Positions 48,443-58,080 of a stretch of 64,000 nucleotides of DNA are shown here, piece by piece. Under the pieces are notes generated by a model. The model did not search any database. It was not told the DNA's origin and saw only the letters and a list, made by a program, of their open reading frames with translations. Made by a program: the position numbers and the translations under genes. Within the stretch, counting starts at the first letter, position 1, and every line of letters begins with the position of its first letter. The stretch comes from Phycisphaerae bacterium (GTDB taxonomy: Bacteria; Planctomycetota; Phycisphaerae; SM23-33). The stretch covers positions 14,623 to 78,622 of the forward strand of contig JAGXKT010000003.1 in NCBI GenBank assembly GCA_018335035.1, written 5' to 3'.

Positions 48443-49525
48443 CTATCGCCGCGCCGCAGCGATCATCGCATCGACGCTCGTCTCGACCGCGGCGCAGACG
48501 CGATCCCCCGCCCCGTAGTACACGGTAAGCGTGCCGTCGTCAGAGACGATCGTGCCGTTGGCGAAGACCGTGTTGGCGAACACGCCCTCGCGTTCGTAGT
48601 CGGCCTCGGGCAACAGCACCGGTCGCGACGAGCAGGACAGCACCCGCTCGGGATGCTCCAGGTCGCTGAGCATTGCGCCCAGGGCATACCGCTGCCCGTC
48701 GCAGCCGTGGTAGATCTCCAGCCAGCCGGCGTCCGTACGGATCGGCACGCCGCCGGCGCCGACGCGGTCGGCGTGCCAGGCATTCGCCGTCGGCGCGAGC
48801 GTCATGTCGTGACGCCCCCAACTGAGCAGATCCGGCGAGTACGCCGTCCAGATGCACGCGTCGTTGAATTCCGTCATATAGGGCCGGTGCCGGCAGACGT
48901 ACAGCCCGTCGCCATGGTCCCCGCACGGGACACGCTCCGGGAAGATCACCACGTCTTTCTGGTACGGCGGGAAGATCACACCCTCCCGCCGGAATGTCAC
49001 GAAATCGTCCGTCGTCGCCAGCGCCACCGCCACGCCACGGTCCGAGACGGCCGTGTAGGTAATCAGATGCCGCCCGCTCAGCGGCGACTCCGTCAGCGGA
49101 TCGTCCAGCGTCGTGATGCGGGCATCCTCGCAGCCGTAGGCCTCGTACGACGTCGCGGGGAAGATCGCCGGCGCCGGATCGAACGTAAAGTGCTGCCCGT
49201 CGCGGCTTCGGGCGATGCGCAAATGCGACATGCTCGTCAGCAGCGTCTTGCCGCGATACGTGTACTTGCGCGTGTCGATCACGCCCAGATCCGGATCGTC
49301 CTGGCGAATGCGTCCGACCGACTCCCGTCCGGTGTCGCGATCGTAGTAGAGGTACGACACGTACCCCGGCTCGTCGACGGGCCGCTCGCCGATGCGCACC
49401 AGCAGCAGGACCTCGTCGCCGACCCGCACGGCCGCTGGATTCAGCGTGCACAGCACGACCAGATCGTCACGTGTCGGCGCGACGTCCTCGGGACGCAGCA
49501 ACGGGTTTTCGTCCAGCCGTCGCAT
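48443..49525 (-). CDS. GH130 family glycoside phosphorylase/hydrolase (beta-mannoside-active family)
   Basis: 5-bladed beta-propeller hallmarks of GH130: 'NPAAVRVGDEVLLLVRI', 'YGCEDARIT', 'YHGCDGQRYALGAMLSDLEHPERVL', 'VFANGTIVSDDGTLTVYYGAGD'. Confidence 0.75.
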   Translation of the reverse strand: MRRLDENPLLRPEDVAPTRDDLVVLCTLNPAAVRVGDEVLLLVRIGERPVDEPGYVSYLYYDRDTGRESVGRIRQDDPDLGVIDTRKYTYRGKTLLTSMSHLRIARSRDGQHFTFDPAPAIFPATSYEAYGCEDARITTLDDPLTESPLSGRHLITYTAVSDRGVAVALATTDDFVTFRREGVIFPPYQKDVVIFPERVPCGDHGDGLYVCRHRPYMTEFNDACIWTAYSPDLLSWGRHDMTLAPTANAWHADRVGAGGVPIRTDAGWLEIYHGCDGQRYALGAMLSDLEHPERVLSCSSRPVLLPEADYEREGVFANTVFANGTIVSDDGTLTVYYGAGDRVCAAVETSVDAMIAAARR

Positions 49526-49531
49526 TACGGC

Positions 49532-51574
49532 TTAGAAGTCGCCCGGTGGGACCGGCTGCGGAACCTCCCGCTCCATTCTGCGGCGCTCCCATTTGCGGCG
49601 TTCGTAGGCCCAGGCGTCGGCGAAGGCCTGTACGATCTGGGCAATCGGCTCCCGCGGCGCGTGGAGGCGCAGGCCCAGATCGCCCTCGTCCGCCCAGGCC
49701 GCGGCCAGGATCGGCACGCGCGTGGTCAGTTTGAGCGGCGGCATGTCGGCATCCTCATCCACCGAGTCGATGACGCTCTTGATCAAGTCCCAGTACCCGC
49801 CGACATCGGCCGCGGCGACCAGCACGCGATGCTCAGGCAGGTCGCTGACGGCGTCTTGAAGCGCCTTGGGCCGCGCCACCCGGATGTCGGCTCGCGCCGC
49901 GGCGGCAACCTGCTCGGCAAAGCCCGTCTCGCCGCCGACCGCCAGCACGAGCGTGTTCGCGTCCACCGGAACGACGGGGAACTCCAGCGGTTTTGTCCCC
50001 AGAATCGCCCGCAGGATTCGTCGTTCCTCGGCGCTCATGTCGTCCAGTTCCGCGAATTTCATGCGGATTACGTCCGCGGCTTCGCCCTCGCCGCGGACGT
50101 AGTGAAACTGCGGCGCCTCGTCCGCATCCGGCGCCAGTCGCATCAGCTCGCTGGTCGTATCGCACAGCGCCGCCAGGGCGTCGCGCATCGCCTCGGCAGA
50201 CTCACACTCCATCACAACCGCTGCGCCAAGCTTGCCTTCCATCGCGGTCCGGGCGCCCACCCACAGGCGTGTGCTGCGGAGCTGCGTGTAGACCGCCGCC
50301 ATGGCATCCGTGTGCCGCCGCCGAAGGCCCGCCGGCATCTCGACGGGGACGACATCCAACTGCGCGGCCAGGAGAGCCCGCAGTTCCTTCGGCGCCGCGC
50401 GGTAGAGGTTAACGCCGCCGGCGATGACGGCATGACGCGCCGCCGGTAGGCGCCGGATGAGCTTCGCAGCGCCGTCCTGCTTCGTCGCGGCCAGGCCCTT
50501 GTCCAACAAACTGCCCTTTCCGCAGTCGAGTACGCCGTCGACACGAACGCCTTCGGCGTCGATGCCTACGCCGGCGCAAATCGTGGCGTCGCCCCCCCAG
50601 TACAAATCCAACAGCGGCGAAAGCTTCGGCGGCTTGGGCGGATGCGTGACGTCGCCGTGGCGGTCATCCGCGCCGTCGGCGTCGAGACCGTCGGCACGGG
50701 CAGGCCTGCTCCCGCCGGCCGGACCCGTCGCCGGACGCGTCGTCGTGCGCGCGGGCCCTGTCGTGGCCATGGGCGGCGCGTCCGCCACGACGCCCCTCTG
50801 CATCTGGATCGTGCTCATCAGGATCTTGTCGAAGAACGCGCCGACAAAGTCCAGCCGCCCCCAGGCCGCGAAGGCCTCGGCCTCCAGCATCGCCAGATCG
50901 CGCGCAGACAGATTGCTCAGCACATTCGGCGCCTCGGCCCGTAGCGCCTTGGCCGTCTTCAGCGACGGGGCGACGATGACATGCTTGTCCGACTGCCAGG
51001 CGAAGGCATCGTCGCCCTGTACGTACAGTCCCTCGACGTCCTCATGCGCGATCCACCCCTCTCCCAGCGTCGCGCCGATCCCCTTGCCGGGCACCACGGC
51101 CGCGAAGCTCACCGGCGGCGGTATCGGCAGAATAAAGCGCATCGGCCCGGCCGGCGCCATGCCGTATTTCTCGGCCGGCAACAGCATGATACCAACGGCC
51201 TGATCGGGATTGAGCCCCGGCCCGGCGGCTTCCTGAATCCGGCTCAGCAGCGGCACCCACGGCTCGGGCGGCTCGTCGAGCGTAGTGGGCCGAACCGCCT
51301 GCACGAAGGCATCCACGCCTTCCAGCGCCTCGCGCATGTTGCCCGCCATGACCAACGCCACCGCATCGGCCGGCACGTGCTTCAGCAGCTCCCGCGCGTG
51401 GCGCTCGGCCGGTTTCGCCCCGGTGGCGTTGTCTTGCTGACCGGCGTCGGCCTGGGCATGTTGCTGCGGCTGGGCGCCCCCGGCAACGTCCTGCTGTGCT
51501 GCGCTGTCGAGGTATACCAGCCCGAAGCCGGCCAGCGCCGCCAACGCGATTGAACAATATCGGCCCGTTTTCAT
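49532..51574 (-). CDS. Secreted hypothetical protein (680 aa)
   Basis: I chose ATG 51574, giving signal peptide '[22 protein letters not shown]'. The track ORF extends another 400 aa upstream, antisense to asnS, with Arg/Gly-rich composition, which I rejected. No family recognised. Confidence 0.5.
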   Translation of the reverse strand: MKTGRYCSIALAALAGFGLVYLDSAAQQDVAGGAQPQQHAQADAGQQDNATGAKPAERHARELLKHVPADAVALVMAGNMREALEGVDAFVQAVRPTTLDEPPEPWVPLLSRIQEAAGPGLNPDQAVGIMLLPAEKYGMAPAGPMRFILPIPPPVSFAAVVPGKGIGATLGEGWIAHEDVEGLYVQGDDAFAWQSDKHVIVAPSLKTAKALRAEAPNVLSNLSARDLAMLEAEAFAAWGRLDFVGAFFDKILMSTIQMQRGVVADAPPMATTGPARTTTRPATGPAGGSRPARADGLDADGADDRHGDVTHPPKPPKLSPLLDLYWGGDATICAGVGIDAEGVRVDGVLDCGKGSLLDKGLAATKQDGAAKLIRRLPAARHAVIAGGVNLYRAAPKELRALLAAQLDVVPVEMPAGLRRRHTDAMAAVYTQLRSTRLWVGARTAMEGKLGAAVVMECESAEAMRDALAALCDTTSELMRLAPDADEAPQFHYVRGEGEAADVIRMKFAELDDMSAEERRILRAILGTKPLEFPVVPVDANTLVLAVGGETGFAEQVAAAARADIRVARPKALQDAVSDLPEHRVLVAAADVGGYWDLIKSVIDSVDEDADMPPLKLTTRVPILAAAWADEGDLGLRLHAPREPIAQIVQAFADAWAYERRKWERRRMEREVPQPVPPGDF

Positions 51575-51712
51575 ATGGATGCCCTTTCTCTGAAACGCGC
51601 GGCGCGCTTGCGTCCGCCGCACCGAGGCGCGACTATACTCTCCGCCGCGAAGGGGAGCAAGGAACGACTCTCGCCCCATTCCGCGCGACGGGCGGCGAGG
51701 CAGGAGACTGTG

Positions 51713-53125
51713 ATGGACCGCATGGACATCCGAGACGCATTGGCGAGCGAGCCCGACGAGCGCGAGATCACCGTCGCCGGGTGGGTCCGCACGCTGCGAA
51801 CCAGCAAGGGGGGCTTCAGCTTCATCGCGCTGAACGACGGCTCCTGCAGTCAGACGCTGCAAATCGTCGCCGACAACACGCTGGGAAACTACGACGACGA
51901 GATCGTCCACCTCACGGCCGGGGCCGCTGTCGCCGCGACGGGACCGCTCGTCGAAAGCCGCGGGCGAGGCCAGCGCGTCGAGATGCAGGCCCGCGCGGTC
52001 CGCCTGCTGGGCCCGGCCGACCCCGAGACCTACCCCATCCAGCCCAAGCGGCATTCCTTCGAGTACCTCCGAACGCAGGCCCACCTGCGTCCGCGAACGC
52101 GGACCTTCGCCGCCGTCGCCCGCGTCCGCAACGCCCTGTCCGCCGCGGTTCACGACTTCTTCCAGTCCCGCGGGTTCCTGTGGGTGCACACGCCGATCAT
52201 CACGGCCAGCGACTGCGAAGGCGCCGGCGCGCTGTTCGGCGTGACCGCCCTGGACCCCGACGCGCCCCCGCGCGACGCGTCCGGGCATGTCGACTTCGCG
52301 CAGGACTTCTTCGCCCGGCGTACGTACCTCACCGTCTCCGGACAGCTCGAGGCGGAGGCCTACGCCTGCGCAATGGGCAAGGTCTATACCTTCGGGCCGA
52401 CCTTCCGCGCCGAGAATTCCAACACGCCGCGCCACCTGGCCGAGTTCTGGATGGTCGAGCCGGAGGTGGCGTTCTGCGACCTCGGCGAGATCTGCGACCT
52501 CGCCGAGCAGTTCTGCCGGGCGATCATCTCGGCCGTGCTGGATCGCTGCGGCGACGACCTGGCCCTGTTCGACGAACGGGCGCCCGGTCTTGTCGACCGC
52601 CTCCGCCACGTCGCCGACAGCGACTTCGCGCGGATCACGTACAGCGAGGCGGTGGACATCCTCCAGGCCGCCGGGCGACGGTGGGACTACCCGCCCCGCT
52701 GGGGCGCCGACCTGCAAACCGAGCACGAGCGCTACCTTACCGAGGAGCACTTCGCCCAACCGGTGGTGGTGACGCACTACCCGGCCGCGATCAAACCGTT
52801 CTACATGCGCCTCAACGACGCCGACCGCGCCGGGCCCGGCGGCGAGCCGACCGTGGCGGCGATGGACGTGCTGCTACCGGGCGTCGGTGAGTTGATCGGC
52901 GGCTCGCAACGCGAGGAACGGCTGGACGCGCTGGCCGGGCGCATGCGCGAGATGGGCATGAACCCGGACGACTCGTGGTGGTACCTGGACCTGCGCCGCT
53001 ACGGCACGTGCCCGCATGCCGGGTTCGGGCTGGGCTTCGAGCGGGCGGTGCAGTTCGTCACCGGCTTGGACAACATCCGCGACGCGATCGGCTTCCCCCG
53101 CACGCCGCGAAACGCGGAGTTCTAG
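51713..53125 (+). CDS. asnS: Asparagine--tRNA ligase
   Basis: Start at ATG 51713 (MDRMDIRD...), with GGAGA 8 nt upstream. N-terminal OB-fold, class-II motifs '[21 protein letters not shown]' (motif 2) and 'GGSQREER...GFGLGFER' (motif 3). Confidence 0.95.
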   Translation: MDRMDIRDALASEPDEREITVAGWVRTLRTSKGGFSFIALNDGSCSQTLQIVADNTLGNYDDEIVHLTAGAAVAATGPLVESRGRGQRVEMQARAVRLLGPADPETYPIQPKRHSFEYLRTQAHLRPRTRTFAAVARVRNALSAAVHDFFQSRGFLWVHTPIITASDCEGAGALFGVTALDPDAPPRDASGHVDFAQDFFARRTYLTVSGQLEAEAYACAMGKVYTFGPTFRAENSNTPRHLAEFWMVEPEVAFCDLGEICDLAEQFCRAIISAVLDRCGDDLALFDERAPGLVDRLRHVADSDFARITYSEAVDILQAAGRRWDYPPRWGADLQTEHERYLTEEHFAQPVVVTHYPAAIKPFYMRLNDADRAGPGGEPTVAAMDVLLPGVGELIGGSQREERLDALAGRMREMGMNPDDSWWYLDLRRYGTCPHAGFGLGFERAVQFVTGLDNIRDAIGFPRTPRNAEF

Positions 53126-53385
53126 AACGGCAGCAGCATCACCACAGAGGCCGCGGAGAGCGCAGAGGACAATACATCGGCCGACGAGTTCCCCGCGTGA
53201 CGCACGCCGCGTCGCTGACGGCGAAAGCGCGGTGCCATGGTGCGGCCGTGCGTTGCACGCACGAAGAGCCCTGCTGCCCCGGCTGTGACCGACGTGGCTG
53301 GCTCCGCGCGGCAAGCTACGGCACCTGCCCTGAGCGAGCGAAGCGCGTCGAAGGCAGCGCAGCGAAGGGCTGCTATACTGTCGCC

Positions 53386-53997
53386 ATGAAGATTGAGCTT
53401 CACCTGCATACGACGCGCTACAGCCCCTGCGCCCGGGCAACACCGGAACAGATGATGCAGCGCCTCGTCGCGGCCGGCTACGAGGCCGTCTACATCACCG
53501 AGCACGACGCCGTCTGGCGCGCCGACGAACTGGCCGAACTCGGCGAGAAATTCCCGTCACTGCGGATCTTCGGCGGCGTGGAACTGACCATCGGCGCCCA
53601 TCACCTGCTGGTGCTCGGGACGAGCGACCCGACGTATCTGGACTTGCATGAAGAGTCGGCCGTGCTGGACAAGGCCCGCGCGGCCGGGCATTTGACGATC
53701 CTGGCTCATCCGTTCCGCTGGGATGGCGGCGCCGGGATGCTGGAGATCGGCATGCGCCCCGACGCGCTGGAGGCCCGGACGAACAACCACGACGAGCCGG
53801 CGGCGCAACGGGCCCGCCGCGTCGCGAGCGAGCTGGGGCTGAAGGTCGTCAACAGTTCCGACGCCCACGACGTCGACGCGCTGGACAAGTTCTGGGTCGA
53901 AACTGCCGCGCCGATCACCGCCGCCGAGGACATCCGCGACGTGATCCTCAACGGTGCCTACGAGCTGCAGCCGCAGCCGGCTGCCCCCAAGCAGTAG
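53386..53997 (+). CDS. PHP-domain metal-dependent phosphoesterase
   Basis: 'MKIELHLHTTRYSPCA' PHP motif I with His/Asp ligands (ITEHD, LAHPFRW, SSDAHD). The upstream in-frame extension of the track ORF overlaps the asnS 3' end and was rejected. TATACT sits 8 nt before the ATG. Confidence 0.7.
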   Translation: MKIELHLHTTRYSPCARATPEQMMQRLVAAGYEAVYITEHDAVWRADELAELGEKFPSLRIFGGVELTIGAHHLLVLGTSDPTYLDLHEESAVLDKARAAGHLTILAHPFRWDGGAGMLEIGMRPDALEARTNNHDEPAAQRARRVASELGLKVVNSSDAHDVDALDKFWVETAAPITAAEDIRDVILNGAYELQPQPAAPKQ

Positions 53998-54206
53998 CCG
54001 GTCGTCCGTGGTCGCGCATGCAAAAACGGCGCCGCGCGGGCCGCCTCTTTTTTGGCGGGGTCGACGGGCGGACGCATGATTCCTGCCGACGCGGGTTGTT
54101 GCACGTTGGGGTCGGACAGATTACGGGGGACAACGACTGCGCATTCGCCCCGAAGCCAGTGGGTGGGGCAGCATTGCAAGCTCGGCCTGGCCGGGGCCGC
54201 AGCAGC

Positions 54207-54329
54207 CGCGAGACGCAACTTGCCGGCGAATTTCCGGCGCACGTCGCGGCCAAGTGGATCGGCAACAGCGTTCAAGTCGCGGCGAAGCATTACCTGCACG
54301 TGACCGATGAGCACTTCGAAAAAGCGGTG
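54207..54329 (+). pseudogene. Remnant (C-terminal ~40 codons) of a tyrosine integrase, adjacent to the 3' end of tRNA-Val
   Basis: Translation 'ETQLAGEFPAHVAAKWIGNSVQVAAKHYLHVTDEHFEKAV' matches the tail of tyrosine recombinases ('...LGHSsi.tT..YtHv..e.l..a', catalytic Tyr in HY). No upstream integrase body is present. Local GC dips. Confidence 0.55.
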
Positions 54330-54477
54330 CAGAATCCGGTGCAGCATCCCGTGCGCCGTACGGTGCAGTCGATTGCAGGCAAAACACCGACCCATGCAAG
54401 CACCCCCGCAAACGGGGGCGAATGCAACGAAATGCAGGGGATGGAAGCTTTCTGCAAGTCTAGTAATAACAAGGGTA

Positions 54478-54551
54478 TGGGCCGTACTGGACTCGAACCA
54501 GTGACCTTGCGGGTGTGATCCGCACGCTCTAGCCAACTGAGCTAACGGCCC
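54478..54551 (-). tRNA. tRNA-Val (anticodon CAC)
   Basis: Reverse complement folds as a cloverleaf: acceptor GGGCCGT/ACGGCCC, D-arm GCTCAGTTGGCTAGAGC, anticodon stem TGCGG/CCGCA with loop ATCACAC (CAC), T-arm CACTGGTTCGAGTCCAGT. It lies 11 nt downstream of the rluD-like stop. Confidence 0.9.
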
Positions 54552-54562
54552 GGTGGTATGCA

Positions 54563-55723
54563 TTATACGTCGGCGGCGAGGCGATGCAACGCCTCGAGCG
54601 TGTCGGTGAAATCGTCCGGCAGCGGCGCGTCGACCGTGAGGCGCCGCCCCGTCCGCGGGTGGTCGAAGGCGATGGTTCGCGCGTGCAGCGCCTGGCGGGT
54701 GATGAGCGGGCCTTCGGCGCGGTCGCCGCGGCCTTCGAGCTGGCTGCGATAGACCGGCCCGCCGCCATAGGTCTTGTCGCCGACGATCGGGTGGCCCAGG
54801 TAGCTCATATGCACGCGGAGCTGGTGCGTCCGCCCGGTTTTCGGCGACAGCTCGACCAGCGTGAAGGCCGCCCCGCTGGCGCCGACGCCGGCGATGCGGT
54901 CCACCACGCGGTAGCCCGTCACGGCGGATTTGGTCGTGGCCGCCATCGGCCGGCCCGTGCGGCGGTCCACGGCGTACTTGTGCCTGATCTTCGGATGCTT
55001 TCCGATGGGCACGTCGATGACGTCGGCGTCGCGATCGAGCAGCCCGTGGACGATGGCGTTGTAGGTCTTCGAGACGCGACGGTGCTCGAACTGCCGCCCC
55101 AGCCGCCACAGCGCCAGTTCCGTCTTGGCGACGAGCAGGATGCCCGTCGTGTCGCGGTCGAGGCGGTGGACGATGCCCGGGCGGAACACCTCGCCGCCCC
55201 GCAGCGGCAGGTCCCTGATCGAGCCGCGCCGTCGGCGCGGGGCCTCCGCGCGGTCGCCCTCGCGCCAGCGCATCTGGAAGTAGTAGGCCAGCGCGTTGAC
55301 CAGCGTCCCCGTCCAGTTCCCGCGGGCCGGATGGACGATCAGGTCCGCCTGCTTGTTGACGCCGAGCACGTCCTCGTCCTCGTAGACCACGTCCAGCGGG
55401 ATCGGCTCGGGCGGGATTTCCTGCGGGCGGTCGGGCGGCAGCATCAGATCGATGTCGTCATCGGTGCGGATCTTGTAGCTGGGCTTGGCCGGACGCCCGT
55501 TGACGGTGACGTAGCCCTCACGGATGTACTGCTGAAGCGCGTTGCGGCTGATGCGTTTTCCGAGGCGCCCGGCGAGATACTTGTCCAGCCGGCGGTCGGG
55601 CAGGGCGCGGCGGATGTTGATGTGGAGATGCTCCAGCCCGTCGGCGTCGGCGGCCTGAGGCGTTTCGACGGGCTCCAGGCCGTTGCCGTTTGGCTGTGCC
55701 GCATTGTGGCGCTTGGGAGCCAT
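54563..55723 (-). CDS. RluA-family 23S rRNA pseudouridine synthase (RluD/RluC-like) with an N-terminal S4 domain
   Basis: S4 domain 'RLDKYLAGRLGKRISRNALQQYIREGYVTVNGRP' and catalytic 'HRLDRDTTGILLVAK'. Start at ATG 55723 (MAPKRHN...). An Arg-rich insertion (APRRRRGSIRDL) is present. Confidence 0.85.
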   Translation of the reverse strand: MAPKRHNAAQPNGNGLEPVETPQAADADGLEHLHINIRRALPDRRLDKYLAGRLGKRISRNALQQYIREGYVTVNGRPAKPSYKIRTDDDIDLMLPPDRPQEIPPEPIPLDVVYEDEDVLGVNKQADLIVHPARGNWTGTLVNALAYYFQMRWREGDRAEAPRRRRGSIRDLPLRGGEVFRPGIVHRLDRDTTGILLVAKTELALWRLGRQFEHRRVSKTYNAIVHGLLDRDADVIDVPIGKHPKIRHKYAVDRRTGRPMAATTKSAVTGYRVVDRIAGVGASGAAFTLVELSPKTGRTHQLRVHMSYLGHPIVGDKTYGGGPVYRSQLEGRGDRAEGPLITRQALHARTIAFDHPRTGRRLTVDAPLPDDFTDTLEALHRLAADV

Positions 55724-55826
55724 TGGGTTGCACGCCGTCGCGATTTCGGCCGCCGGGAATAGACCTCGGGCCGGCACGCGCGACGGCGCGCCGGCCCGGT
55801 GGCAATGCTGCGGTCGTCGCCGTGCG

Positions 55827-56459
55827 CTACGCGGCGCCGATCAGTTCCTTGGTCACGTCGGTCGCGCTGGCGGCATCGGCGGCGTATGCGTCGGCGCCGA
55901 TCTCCTCGGCGAACTCCTGCGTGACCGGCGCGCCGCCGATGATGGTCTTGACCTCTACGCCGGCGTCCTTCAGTGCCTTGACGACCTCGGTCATCTGCGG
56001 CATCGTCGTCGTCAGCAGCGCGCTCATCGCACAGACGGCGGCGCCTTCCTTCTGGCAGGACTCGACGAACTTCTCGGCCGGGACGTCGGTGCCGATGTCC
56101 ACGACGTTGAGCCCGCCGCCGGAGAGCATCATGCCGACGAGATTCTTGCCGATGTCATGCAGATCGCCCTTGACCGTCCCGAGCACGACCGTGGCGAGGG
56201 GCTCGACGCCGGCTTCTTCCAGCGCCGGCTTGAGTACGTCCATGCCGCCGTGCATCGCGCGGGCGGCGATGAGCACCTCGGGCACGTAGACTTCGTTGGC
56301 CTTGAAGCGCTTGCCGACCACGCTCATGCCCGCGATGAGCCCGTCGTTGAGAACCTGCTGCGGCCCCACGCCCGCGTCGAGGGCCTTCCTGGTCAGCTCC
56401 GCAACGCCGTCGCGATCACCCTTGATCAGGGCCTCTGCTAATGCTTCCAAATCTGCCAT
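55827..56459 (-). CDS. Stand-alone cobalamin (B12)-binding corrinoid protein (B12-binding cap + Rossmann B12 domain)
   Basis: N-terminal helical cap (ALEALAEALIKGDRDGV...), then the B12-binding domain with the DxHxxG motif 'GDLHDIGKN' and 'MSALLTTT'. 210 aa. No fused methyltransferase or DNA-binding domain. Confidence 0.75.
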   Translation of the reverse strand: MADLEALAEALIKGDRDGVAELTRKALDAGVGPQQVLNDGLIAGMSVVGKRFKANEVYVPEVLIAARAMHGGMDVLKPALEEAGVEPLATVVLGTVKGDLHDIGKNLVGMMLSGGGLNVVDIGTDVPAEKFVESCQKEGAAVCAMSALLTTTMPQMTEVVKALKDAGVEVKTIIGGAPVTQEFAEEIGADAYAADAASATDVTKELIGAA

Positions 56460-56588
56460 GCCGGTTCATCTCCTGTGGCTTGCCTGCAATGTCATCCGGG
56501 CGCCTCCCGACGCGCCCTGCTGTGGGAACAGTAGCACACTACGATAGCGTCAAGGCGCCAAATGTAAACATCCGCGAGAAAAAAAGGG

Positions 56589-57308
56589 CTATTCCGCGTC
56601 CTGCGCCTCGGCCGGACGCGTGGCGGCGCTGCCAGTCGCCGCAGGGCTCGGGCGCGTGGCCGGGCCTGTCGTCGGGCGCGTCGCCGTCCTTGTGGTGGGC
56701 TTGCGGGCAACCATGGTGATCTCGACGGCAGCATCATCCAGCCCGGCGGCGGCCTCTTCGGCCATCGCCGCCACGGCCGTGCCCGCCAGCGCCGCATCGC
56801 CCGTCACCTGTTCGTAAAAGTCGGCGGCCGCCTGCGCCTCGCCGCGGGCCTCGGCCAGGCATCCCAGCCCGTAGCGGGCCTGTCCGGCCGCCACGGTGCG
56901 ATCGCCGTATTGGCTCAGGACGCGCCGGTAGTACCGTTGGGCCGCGGCATCGGCGTCGGGCGCATCGTCCGCCCGTCCCCGGCGGCGGTATGCGTCGCCC
57001 ACCTTCACACACGCCAGCGCCGCGATGCGTTCGTCGTCGTCCTGCTCGGCGAGTTCCTGCATCTTCGCCAGCCACGTCGCGTCGCGACTGGCGACGGGTC
57101 GGACCAGCAGCCCGTCAAATCGCTGTTGCAGCTCGGCATGCCGCCTGCGGTAATTCTGAACGAACAGCATCGTCACCGCGACCACCAGCGCGACGGCAAG
57201 CACGATCCAGGAGATCTTGCGCCCGTGTTGCTTGAGATAGGCGCGCCCGTCGCGGACGGCGCGCGTCAGTGAGTTTTCCCTCAATTCATGGCGTCGATCA
57301 GCTTTCAT
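56589..57308 (-). CDS. Membrane-anchored protein with a TPR-like helical domain and a C-terminal Thr/Pro/Ala-rich tail
   Basis: N-terminal TM helix (ISWIVLAVALVVAVTMLFV), helical repeat region, then a low-complexity 'KPTTRTATRPTTGPATRPSPAATGSAATRP' tail. Confidence 0.5.
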   Translation of the reverse strand: MKADRRHELRENSLTRAVRDGRAYLKQHGRKISWIVLAVALVVAVTMLFVQNYRRRHAELQQRFDGLLVRPVASRDATWLAKMQELAEQDDDERIAALACVKVGDAYRRRGRADDAPDADAAAQRYYRRVLSQYGDRTVAAGQARYGLGCLAEARGEAQAAADFYEQVTGDAALAGTAVAAMAEEAAAGLDDAAVEITMVARKPTTRTATRPTTGPATRPSPAATGSAATRPAEAQDAE

Positions 57309-57317
57309 GCCTCAGTC

Positions 57318-57821
57318 TCAAGACGGCGGGGTTGCGGCGTCGGCCTCCATGGGGCGGTTCGGCCAGATCAGCACGCTGATCTCGGCCGTGCCCCAGAATT
57401 CACTATCGGTAATCGTTACCCGGCATCGCTCACCGGGCTTCTCGAAGTCCAGCATCACGCGTCCCTGGGCGAAGATCGACGTGGACTTCACCCAGCGGTT
57501 GACCGGCATGTACCGCTCGTAGAACCGCTTGAGGGTGAACTTGTCACCCCGCCCGCGGTACACGTGGTCGACGAACCGCGTGCCGGCCACGGCGTAGTTG
57601 CGGCTCTGGGACTCCTCCAGCTTGAAGTCCATCGGAACCGGCGCATCGCCGATCGGCGGCTGAAGCTGCGGCGCCGGCGTCGCGGCGCCGGTGGCGGGCG
57701 CCGGCGCGTCCTGCCCGCCCGTCGTCACGGATCCGCCCCCGGAGTCGCCGTCGAACCACCCGCAGCCGGCCGGAACCACGCAGCCCGCCGCAAGTACGAT
57801 CATCGCATATCGCCGAAGCAT
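57318..57821 (-). CDS. Hypothetical lipoprotein
   Basis: 'MLRRYAMIVLAAGCVVPAGC' lipobox, then a Gly/Ser/Pro-rich linker. Its stop lies 9 nt from the start of the TPR gene. Confidence 0.5.
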   Translation of the reverse strand: MLRRYAMIVLAAGCVVPAGCGWFDGDSGGGSVTTGGQDAPAPATGAATPAPQLQPPIGDAPVPMDFKLEESQSRNYAVAGTRFVDHVYRGRGDKFTLKRFYERYMPVNRWVKSTSIFAQGRVMLDFEKPGERCRVTITDSEFWGTAEISVLIWPNRPMEADAATPPS

Positions 57822-58080
57822 CTCGACCTCCCTGCCGGCATCGGCCTTGTCCGCCCGGCCGCCGCGCGTCGCGGCCGAGACGCCTAGTTACGCCCAGGGC
57901 GCCGACTTGTCAAGTCGCAGATCGCGCCGCCGGCGCCGTAGACGATATCGGCCAGGCCGCAACCGCCGCAACAACGTATTCGCCCGCTGTTTTCTGTTGC
58001 CCGCGGGCGTCGGCATCCGTAGGGTGTGACCGCGCCGCACCGGGCGGGTTGCCGGCGCGGGATTCCGCAGGAGCTCGTGT

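Noticed and set aside
51575-52777. Upstream 400 codons of the 1081-aa - strand ORF, and the 46-codon N-terminal extension of asnS
   Set aside because: The - strand extension is antisense to asnS and Arg/Gly-rich. The secreted protein has a clean signal peptide starting at ATG 51574. The asnS extension lacks an RBS, whereas ATG 51713 has GGAGA upstream and gives the canonical N-terminus.
54018-54518. Full 166-aa + strand ORF as an intact gene
   Set aside because: Only residues ~64-104 resemble an integrase tail. The rest is Arg/Gly-rich, and the frame runs into the tRNA-Val gene. It is treated as a pseudogene fragment.
56575-56620. Rho-independent terminator for the TPR gene (CGCGTCC-N12-GGACGCG followed by an A/T run on the - strand)
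   Set aside because: The stem lies inside the last codons of the TPR ORF and the U-tract starts ~9 nt after the stem. Geometry is marginal, so it is not reported as a feature.
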